Below are positions 55,501 through 64,000 of a DNA stretch of 64,000 nucleotides, one piece after another. The position numbers and the translations under genes were made by a program. The notes below the pieces were generated by a model. That model saw only the letters and a program-made list of their open reading frames with translations, searched no databases and was not told where the DNA came from. Numbering within the stretch: position 1 is the first letter of the stretch; every line of letters begins with the position of its first letter. Where the stretch lies: the NCBI RefSeq assembly GCF_964355755.1, contig NC_092675.1, positions 23,718,912-23,782,911 of the forward strand. Reading direction: 5' to 3'. Origin of the DNA: Antedon mediterranea. Taxonomy: Eukaryota; Animalia; Echinodermata.

Positions 55501-58500
55501 CTCCAAATTTGTTAACTGACTTTATCCGGAATAGGCCTACCACACTTTAAAATTAGGACTTATAAACTTTCAGAAGGAGAAACACATAAAAACAAATAAA
55601 TAAATCCTTTAAATTGATGATTTTACAGACGTGTTTCTTTGTATACTGTAACTCCTCCCATGCTCAATGTTTTTGTTTCTATGGAGCGCCAAAAGAGCAA
55701 CAATAATAGAACAAGTATAAAAACAGAAAGAAAACGAAAAAAAAAAATTTATTTGCGAGTATTTATTTCTTCGTACTAGCATGATTATACTATTATCATT
55801 ACAATTTTAATTTTACATTGTTCCATCTACACTGTAGATGGACTCCACAGAGTTTTCAGCCCTCAATATAATTTTTGCTCTTTTGACGTTCCATAGAAAC
55901 AAAAACATTGAACATTGGGTAGGCCTACAGTCTGTACTCTGTAGGCTAGTCATGCAAAATTTGCAAACAGTATGTGTGCGAGAAAAACGTCTGTAAAATC
56001 ATCAATTTAAATATGTATTTGTTACTTTTTATGTGATTCTTTTTCATAAAAGTGCTAATTCTAAGGTGTGGTATTCAGAATAAATGTTGGAGGTTAAAAT
56101 ACAAGGCAGGTGCAAAAGATAAATATTGTAATCTTAGGCCTTGGGTCTTAGCTTTCGTGATCTTAGGTCTTAGAGGATCTTAGCTTTCGTGGTCTTAGGT
56201 TTCGTGACACCCAAAAGGAATGTGTATTATGCTTTACTGTCTCAAACAATAAAACGTGACCATGCTCGACTCACTTTTGTTTAAACAAAATTCTGACGGC
56301 TGTCGAGGTAAAAGTAATTAAGGATATTTCAATTTAATTACGTCTTTAATTCATTTGAGAAGAAAAATGCATCAATTATGCAGAATATTCATGCATTATC
56401 ACTATTTTCTACAACCAACTCTAACTAAACTAGGCCTAGTCTCGTGGTTTTAGCATCGGCATGAACGAAGTGTTTGTGCAGGCAATTGCGATTGATAGTG
56501 ATTCAATTTATGTTTAGTCTTTTGAAATGGTTTCGTAGGCGTAGGCCTACGTAAAACGAGCGATCTTCTATTCTAAGATAATGTCACTGCTAATTATTAT
56601 TTCGTTATGAACTTTTCAACGTTAACAGCATCAATTAACGTCCACGGTGAAATTTTAGTTTAGTAGTTTCATTTACTTTATACTTTTGGTCACAACCAAT
56701 AAACTATTTGCATAATATTTGCTTCTACTCCAGGTGTTTTGGAAGAAGATTTATCATCAGAAATCACATTCTATCTGTGAACCTCTGCATAGGTAGACCT
56801 AATTACCAGGGGAATACAGTACTGCACCTGCAATAAATATTTCAGACATCAGTTACATACCCCCTTGGGATAACATATAAATATTGGTTCCTTTACAAAA
56901 GGAAACATTCGAATGTAATCAAATGTGAATTATAATTTCTATAGACTAGCAGACTTCTCATTATGATTCGCAACATTACAAAACTAAAATTATTGAATTA
57001 CAATAGCAACTAAAAATGTATAGTTTTTTACTTGAAATTACTACTTTTACTGAACAGGAAAATAAAAAGAACTCAGAAAAAGTTTAAAAACCTGAATAGC
57101 AGAGAAATAGTTTATACTGTACTATAGGTCTATTGGTTATTATTCCAACACGCTGTGGCAACCGTACTGTTTAGTTATTGATTTGAGTTAGTGACGTCTA
57201 TTGTTAAAGATGTATTGTCCCTCTGAAAAAAATATTTTTTTAAATGTTGTTGTTGAATATGCCATTTTAATGTCACATAATAGTTATCCTCTTTAACCAA
57301 ACATTGTACCAAAAAAATGTATTTACCTAAAAATTTGTAATTTAAAGCAAAAAATAGTCAAATGGTTTTTAGTTTAACAAATTATTTTTGTCATTTTGTA
57401 GGTAAAACGATTTGTTTATTTTTCGTTTTTTCGACTCTATAGTTCACTATGTCGGTCTGTCGATCCGGTATCACTATGCGTTTTATCGCTTTTCTGTACT
57501 TTTTGAACTGTTTTGATGTACAGACAAGTTTTAACTATGTCGGTCGGTCGGTCGGTCGGTCTGTCGGGTATCACTTTGCGTTTTTCTGTACTTTTTGAAC
57601 TGTTTTGAGGTACAGAAAAGTTTTAAAGTACATTACTTTTTGAAAGTTCATTTTTTTCTGAGAGCACGCGACTTATGGCTGTTGGCCTTATTCCTATTGA
57701 AGTGATTAACTTTATTAAAACTACAACATAACCCAAGTCTGATTTAATTCATCTTTATATTTTGGGGGACAATACATCTTTAAAAGTAAAATTGTGTAAT
57801 TCACTGACGATTTTATGTTACAATATTATATTATACTATTAATTATATCTAAATTACATTACCTTCTTCTGAAATAAATATTTCATTTTTGATGAGAATG
57901 TTGCAGCATATTTGTCTGTGAGCATTATCCGTGCACCTTGAGTACTGGTAGCTATTACTGGAAGCGCCAAATGATCCTGTGAAGCAATACATTTTTATCA
58001 GCTTTGCACGAGAAGCTATTTTTAATATTTACATCAAGTTATTATCAGCGGGCTCGGATATGATTAATTAAGTAATGATAGACATGTATAGCCTACTAAT
58101 TAATTGTAATGATCACACAAGTATGTTGTACAAAGACGTTAGTTAATGTGGTAAATTAAAATCAGGCCCACAGTGCATTAGACTCAAATTATGGTTATGC
58201 AAGCAATATTTATCAATTTTAAAATGTTTTGTTAATACTAAGGAGAGAACCTTGTCTAATAAATGAGGAACAACATGAACTGTGCTTACCACATTTCTTT
58301 ATTTCAGAGGCTATAGTAGTTAATTGAATCAGATACCGTAAGCCAGGCCAAATTACCAAGGAACTGAAGTAGGCAATAACAATGTGTGCCATAAAAATAG
58401 GCTTGCTTTAATTCTAGTTCATAATATATCATATCATAGTATATACATCGTGATGATCTATATTGATATACTGGAATAGACAGACCAGTGGAAAATCGTA

Positions 58501-61500
58501 ACCTAATAATCTATTTTTACCTGCAAATTCCTACCGACGGCAGGTAAATTCACTTTACAGTCAATACCGACTTCTTTTAAATCTTCCTCAGGTCCTATAC
58601 CTGACAACAGCAAGATCTGAAATAGAAATGTGTTAAGATAAAATAAACATTAAAAAAGCAATACCACAAATTTAATGATTTAGTTTATTCAGTAAAGCTA
58701 TATGTGGCCTATACAATTAGTTTGAATTCAAACATGTTTTTTTTTGTCTTTTATGGGCTCGTCTCACTTTTATTTCAGTTTGCAGTAAAAATTAAAAACA
58801 AAGGTCATGTTCTCCATTTTTCTTGTCACAATTCAAACATATGTTTACGTACTTTCAATGCAATGGAGAACCTGTTTTACGGACATGGGTTTGTATAATA
58901 CCAATAATAGTTGGTATCCAATCTGATAGAATTAACTCATTAATTTTAAATAATCTTCAATAATTAGGCATACAATAATCAACAATAATTGTGCCTACTT
59001 GTGGTGATCCAATAGTTCCTGCAGATAGAATAATTTCTTTTCCTACTGGAATAAACTCCTCTTTACCATCTGCAATTACATGCACACCTGTTGCTCTTCC
59101 ATCTACAACTTCTATCTATGAAAAAGAAACGTACAAGACAGGATGTAAATTGAAAAAAAGCAATCACAACTCGAACCGACCATCGTACTCGCCAACCTCA
59201 TGTGAATTGCTGTATGGATATGAATATACAAGATCAATTCTATTTCAATCTTCAACGGAAGATAAAACATCTTCTTGCTTGAGACCCTTATTATATCCAT
59301 AGTATTCACACAGTGTCGTACTCGCCATTTGTAAGTCATTCTCTAAACAAATGGCAACGACAAAGATCATTTCAGAATTGTTTACATTTTCTCGTTTACA
59401 AATTTAATTAATTTTTCAATTTATCATTCACCATTTTGACTTTATGTGTAACAAACCCAATGTGTGGATATGCTAACCTTGGTCACCAAAGTGTTGACTG
59501 ATATTGTGAGATTGTTTCTTCTCTTAATTGGTTCCAAGAACGCTTTAGCTGAGCTGCATCGTTCTCCATTTCTAATCGTTGCTGGAAAATCACCAAATCC
59601 AAACTACGTGAAATACATAGAAAGAATAGTAGTTTCACTGGTCTATGTTGTGTAATAAAACAATATTTAAGTTGCATTCCCGCACCATATATTGAAACAA
59701 AATCAAATGGAAATAATACAATTTTAACAACGTCAGTGGGGAACGAAATAGTATTAAATGTTCACGATATTGTTACAAACAATGTATCGCAAATGATTAG
59801 GATTATGTTTAAAATTTGTGTTAACATGTGCACTGTATAGACTGAACTGATACTTACAATGGACTTTCCATTAATATCAGGTGTCTTCGGATAACCAAGT
59901 TCAATACCTAACAATAAACATAACGAAATGTTTAATTTATTGTTATAAATAAATATTTTAAACAGTTTTAGTACCGTTGGGTATTTTTGTTTTCCAAAAA
60001 ATTGAAGTAAACTTCTTTTACCTGATTGTTTAATCCTGTATAATGATGTTGTTAAATAAATAAATTAAATACATAAATAATATCAATACATAAAAAATAG
60101 TGTTTATTTTTGTATTATTTTCTTATAAATGTATACCACTGGGTTAATCTTTAGGAAAACATACCGTATAAATTGAGAGATTTGATATGCGCTATTTGAC
60201 TCGTGTTTGTTCAATTTTGAACGGAAATTAGTTCCATATGCTGGTTTCAGCAATGTTCCTAATATAACATTTATTTACGTGTGAATATGGGAAAACCAAA
60301 AAAAAAAAGCTTACCAGCTTCAATGAACGCTTTGGCCATCGGTGTTTTATAACTTTGCTCAGTAACAGATAATCCAGGTTCACTGAAAAAAGAGAAGAAA
60401 AAGTTTTTAATAAATAAATTTGGACCCTGGAACAACTTACAAAAATGGGACGTAAAGCCGTTGGTCCCGTGTACATATTACAGTGTACGTTGAAGAACAA
60501 AAAGTGTAAGGGGATCGTTGGTTTGATGATCTGGTAGGCGCTGCACTGGTGGCTGCAGTTAATTATACACTTTCATATCATACATAATTATCATTTATAA
60601 AACACAATTAACGCGTTTAAAATAGACCCAACAATATTTTTATTTTACTAGTACTGTTTTAGTTTATTGCTAGATTTAATACCTTTGATTGTTCTCCAAT
60701 ATTTCAAAACAAGGCAATATGTCTTCCCAAGCCCAGTTCTCGGCTCCCATTTCAGCCCATCTGTTAAAATCTGCAGGGCATCCTCTGATGTAAGCCATGT
60801 TGTTGATGCTACTCGATCCTCCTACCACCTAATGTTAAGAATGTATTAATTTTATATAAACATAATATTATATCATTTTTTAGTATTTTTCATAAAACCT
60901 TTACGTCGTATATCATATTTTGGAATAACATCCAAAGAGATAAAGCTAAAGATGGCAAATCAAAAACATTATTACAAAATACCACTGACTTATGCAATTC
61001 GACTTATGACACCTCAATTTATCACAAAGTATACGACACCTCAGTATTATAAACTAAAACGTAAAAACAGTAATCTGGGTTACGTTACAGGCGTAGAACC
61101 TAAGTGAATACACAAAATACCGTCGTCACAAAAAGTATCGCAACTGATTTGGGATGTCAAGAATATACCATTACTATATGATTACTACATGCTTGTTACT
61201 TACCTTGATGATATATCGACGATTTATCGAACATTATGTATAGAAGGATTGAAAACAATGTTATCTTTAAAGAAGACAAGCTTACGATAACTTAATTCCT
61301 GTAGTGAAATAAAAATTTCCTGAATCTCTGTTTTTACGATTTTCTTGAAAACATGTACGGTAATCAGTGGTTTTCTTTTGGATGAAAAGCAAGATGTAAA
61401 CGATCGTACATGAGCATTTAAGCCTGTTTTCCTGTCGACGTTATTCGACGCTATCGTTAACAAAAATCGGCGTTCTTCTACGTAAACATTAACATTTTAA

Positions 61501-63229
61501 CGATTTATAGGAAAAGGTACTTTTTTAACTAACGACGACGATACAAAATGTCGGCGATTTACAGGAAAAGGTGTAATAATCGACGGTAATCGACGCTACA
61601 AGTCGCGATCGTTGACAATCGCAAGAGTTGAATCCAGTTCAACTCTAGCGATATCGCAACGCTGAAACGTAAGAACTGACCAATCATCATGGCGATACAG
61701 CACATGACGTCACATAATTGATGGCAAATTCTGCTGACTGCATTTATTTTTGTTGCATCGCGGAGCGGTCAAAGCTAGGCCTAGCCTTACCAAAGTTACC
61801 ATAAAATGATGTTCCGGAAAGTAGGCGCGGGGATATTAGGTAGGTCAAAGTCTTCAGCCTAGTCCAAAATACTATATGGACTAGGAATAGGCCTACTGAG
61901 AACGAAGAACCATCAGTATAGAGATATTAGTATGCCTAGGCCCACGTCCTACACTGTGAGCCTACTGCTAGAGGCAGGGGAGTTTGCGCGTAAAGCCTGT
62001 TTTCCTGTCGACGTTATTCGACGCTATCGTTAACAAAAATCGGCGATCTTCAACGTAAACATAGAAATGTTAACGATTTACAGGAAAAGGGACTTTTTTA
62101 ACTAACGATGACGATACAAAATGTCGGCGATTTACAGGAAAATGTGTAATAATCGACGGTAATCGACGCTACAAGTCGCGATCGTTGACAATCGCAAGAG
62201 TTGAATCCAGTTCAACTCTAGCGATATCGCAACGCTAAAACGTAAGAACTGACCAATCATCATGGCGATACAGCATATGACGTCACATAATTAATGGCAA
62301 ATTCTGCTGACTACATTTATTTTTGTTGCATCGCGGCGCGGTCAAAGCTAGGCCTAGCATTCCCAAAGTTACTATAAAATGATGTTCCGGAAAGTAGGCG
62401 CCGGGATATTAGGTAGGTCAAAGTCTTTAGCCTAGTCCAAAATGCTATTTGGACTAGGATAGGCCTACTGAAAACGAAAAACCATCAGTATAGAGATATT
62501 AGTATGCCTAGGCCCACGTGTCCTACATTGTGAGCCTACTGCTAGAGGCAGGGGAGTCCTCTATTCATTTTTGCGCGTTACGACGACGTCGAGAAAGAAG
62601 ACCGGAATTTCAAATCTAACGTTCAACGCTAGAAATCAAATGTTCGCGCTATCGTTAACATTTCAACTTGAACGTTTTCAAACGATCGTCGTTGAACTTT
62701 TAACGATTAACGATGATAGCGTCGACTTACGTCAACAGGAAAACAGGCTTTACGACGACGTCGAGAAAGAAGACAGGAGTTTCAACTCTAACGTTCAACG
62801 CTAGAAATCAAATGTTCGCGCTATCGTTAACATTTCAACTTGATCGTTTTTAAACGATCGTCGTTGAACTTTTAACGATTAACGATGATAACGTCGACTA
62901 AAAATTAATTAATTAAATAATTTTCAGTGTATCACCGGGCGGTTTGGAATTTATTTCTATGCCTGTTGTGTTTATTATTTTTGAAACGATAAAGATGAGG
63001 AAATCTGGGAGAATGAGAAAAAGTCGCCCCAACCGAGACTCGAACTCGGACCGTCTGCTTGATATGCAGTTGCCCTAACCATTAGACCACTGGGGCTTTC
63101 ATGGTATTGTTCTTTAACTTGATGGTACGGTTGGAACACAAATAGTCCTCAGTTGTACGCACGCGCACCAGAGATCAAATTGATACGCCCTCATCTATAA
63201 TTCAGTATATTTATTCACTAAGCGGGATC

Positions 63230-63303
<74 letters not shown>

Positions 63304-63554
63304 TGGCTCAATAGAGATACAAAAAAAGTTAAAATCTAAATCAAAACGATAAAGTAAAACAGCCAGAAAAATTAGCAGAGCTTTCGGGCAATATTTACGA
63401 TTTGGAGTTGGACTTCTAATAATACAGATTTAAGAAACGGTTTTTTTCTTTTCTAATCAAGTTAAGGAAGAAAGAATAATCAAATTACCTTCCCCCGCGG
63501 CCAGTTGCATTTTTGGCCTTTCATCGCCTTGCAAGCGTGCCTTTGCGATTCAAT
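52448..63554 (-). CDS. GMC oxidoreductase (glucose/choline/alcohol dehydrogenase-like FAD enzyme); 13 exons in window, N-terminus outside window
   Basis: Exons 63489-63554, 60683-60828, 60315-60382, 59858-59907, 59478-59603, 58999-59115, 58521-58616, 57863-57976, 55064-55120, 54092-54186, 53428-53620, 53132-53184, 52872-53039, 52448-52577; as listed this is 13 internal exons plus the terminal exon. All are GT-AG, phase-consistent and stop-free. Motifs [93 protein letters not shown]. Confidence 0.93.
52872..53039 (-). CDS. GMC oxidoreductase exon (catalytic His)
   Basis: LKLDLP...[25 protein letters not shown]. Confidence 0.93.
53132..53184 (-). CDS. GMC oxidoreductase exon
   Basis: [17 protein letters not shown]; phases fit both neighbours. 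Confidence 0.85.
53428..53620 (-). CDS. GMC oxidoreductase exon
   Basis: ...[42 protein letters not shown]. Confidence 0.92.
54092..54186 (-). CDS. GMC oxidoreductase exon
   Basis: [31 protein letters not shown] (PDIQ motif). Confidence 0.88.
54552..54865 (+). mobile_element. HINE-like element interrupted by a MITE
   Basis: gcaacgcgactctacagctcactat [insert] gtcggtttgttggtt...aacactaacttgagaatgcgactgcagccatgtatatggccttgtt. Confidence 0.75.
54578..54793. mobile_element. 216-bp MITE with TAG...CTA termini and 3-bp TAT TSD (Academ-like, tentative)
   Basis: Perfect 23-bp TIR tagtagagtcattttcatgagat / atctcatgaaaatgactctacta; tat on both sides; the empty site cactatgtcgg is seen at 57445. Confidence 0.85.
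55064..55120 (-). CDS. GMC oxidoreductase exon
   Basis: [19 protein letters not shown]; 57 nt, phase 0/0. Confidence 0.88.
55150..56212. mobile_element. 1063-bp non-autonomous Mutator(MULE)-like / foldback element
   Basis: ~85-bp TIRs starting gggtgtcacgaaacctaagacc and built of ctaagac sub-repeats; 10-bp TSD aaaaggaatg at 55140-55149 and 56213-56222; additional internal inverted arms. Confidence 0.9.
57208..57779. mobile_element. MITE with TTAA TSD and AG...CT ends (Kolobok-like)
   Basis: ttaa-agatgtattgtccc ... gggacaatacatct-ttaa. Confidence 0.8.
57420..57692 (+). mobile_element. HINE-like element (second subfamily) nested in the TTAA MITE
   Basis: cgactctatagttcactatgtcgg, (GTCG)n, an internal ~90-bp duplication, gagcacgcgact subTIR, ggctgttggcc-tt end. 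Confidence 0.7.
57863..57976 (-). CDS. GMC oxidoreductase exon
   Basis: [10 protein letters not shown]...MKYLFQKK. Confidence 0.9.
58521..58616 (-). CDS. GMC oxidoreductase exon
   Basis: [32 protein letters not shown]. Confidence 0.93.
58999..59115 (-). CDS. GMC oxidoreductase exon
   Basis: [11 protein letters not shown]...[14 protein letters not shown]. Confidence 0.93.
59478..59603 (-). CDS. GMC oxidoreductase exon
   Basis: [42 protein letters not shown]. Confidence 0.93.
59858..59907 (-). CDS. GMC oxidoreductase exon
   Basis: (G)[16 protein letters not shown]. Confidence 0.88.
60315..60382 (-). CDS. GMC oxidoreductase exon
   Basis: [22 protein letters not shown](G); phase 2/1 fits both neighbours. 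Confidence 0.87.
60446..60550 (+). mobile_element. SINE core fragment (MetaSINE-like motif) in a GMC intron
   Basis: tgggacgtaaagccgttggtcccgtgt...gtacgttgaagaac. Confidence 0.5.
60683..60828 (-). CDS. GMC oxidoreductase exon (flavin-attachment loop)
   Basis: [48 protein letters not shown]. Confidence 0.93.
61421..62898. mobile_element. PIF/Harbinger-like MITE (outer copy, split by a nested copy; right TIR incomplete)
   Basis: tta-agcctgttttcctgtcgacg left end; 61421-61990 matches 61994-~62577 and 62753-62898 matches ~62581-62726. Confidence 0.85.
61994..62749. mobile_element. PIF/Harbinger-like MITE (complete 756-bp inner copy)
   Basis: TIRs agcctgttttcctgtcgacg / cgtcaacaggaaaacaggct flanked by taa and tta (TWA target). 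Confidence 0.88.
63025..63096 (-). tRNA. tRNA-like cloverleaf, anticodon ATC (Asp-like); probably a pseudo-tRNA or repeat-borne
   Basis: GCCCCAG TG GTCT AATGGTTA GGGC A ACTGC ATATCAA GCAGA CGGT CCGAG TTCGAGT CTCGG TTGGGGC G; A and B boxes present; TTTTT 2 nt downstream. Confidence 0.6.
63233..63300. repeat. (AT)n microsatellite, 68 bp
   Basis: Uninterrupted AT dinucleotide run. Confidence 0.98.
63489..63554 (-). CDS. GMC oxidoreductase exon (most 5' exon recognised in window)
   Basis: [22 protein letters not shown]; joins in phase 0 to VVGGSS. Confidence 0.9.
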
Positions 63555-64000
63555 CTGCGAACAAAATAATACAGATAATAGGTTGAGATTATTATGCTGA
63601 AATCAGCAGGATAAAAAATGTTGCTTGATAGTGAGCTATTTTTTAAAAAGTTATATATTGAAAATGTTTCTGGTATATTGTAAAAAATATTGTAATAGGC
63701 CTACTACATTAAATCGATAGTTTGTTACTCTTTTTAAAGCAAATTACAAGCATAAAATATAGTTCGAAGACAATGTACATTCGTTATGATGATAAAAAAT
63801 CATCCTAATAAAACATTAGCATATAAAATAATGTCATTGACCGTACAACCAACATGAAAATAACAATCCATGTCACTTAATTATTATACAGGCCTACCAG
63901 TAACGTTTTGCCTTGTGGAGAAGAGAAAATGATAAACTTATAGTATTGCTTATTAAATGTTATGAGAGACTTATTTGTGGTTCCCCCTGTTTTTCCATGG

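Noticed and set aside
58991-59655. Plus-strand ORFs 58991..59302 and 59464..59655 (also 8820, 29635, 30336, 52784, 60667)
   Set aside because: Antisense shadows of minus-strand exons or of the LINE.
60441-60480. VHGTNG reading as the missing GMC HG-x-x-G motif
   Set aside because: It is in a frame with no usable acceptor and lies in a SINE-like repeat; judged coincidental.
62571-62804. 77-aa ORF as a transposase fragment
   Set aside because: It spans the TIR junction of the nested MITE and has no DDE or other motifs.

Overview
AT-rich, intron-containing animal genomic DNA, not prokaryotic. An invertebrate such as an echinoderm is my guess from repeat style, not something the sequence proves. 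I reconstructed two minus-strand spliced genes by hand. The first is an SLC16/monocarboxylate-transporter (MCT8/MCT10-like) MFS gene with 6 coding exons at 26819-35913 and candidate upstream first exons. The second is a GMC-family FAD oxidoreductase with 13 exons at 52448-63554, whose N-terminus lies beyond the window and which the ORF track misses almost entirely. The rest is transposon-derived: a near full-length but decayed CR1-clade LINE with a PHD-finger ORF1 (~7237-11290), a ~2.2 kb array of 61-bp palindromic units ending in a CCCAG-type transposon terminus, two copies of a 5S rRNA-derived SINE, five Helentron-associated (HINE/DINE-like) elements, several MITEs (MULE-, Kolobok-, Academ- and Harbinger-like; one nested in a copy of itself), and a tRNA-like cloverleaf with an AUC anticodon. 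I did not find a convincing new multi-gene system. The most unusual signals are the SINE3 family, the AUC tRNA-like element, the self-nested MITE, the transposon-bounded satellite, the mixed MCT1/MCT8-type charged residues in the transporter, and strong enrichment of TAGGCCTA and TACAGTA/TACTGTA motifs.
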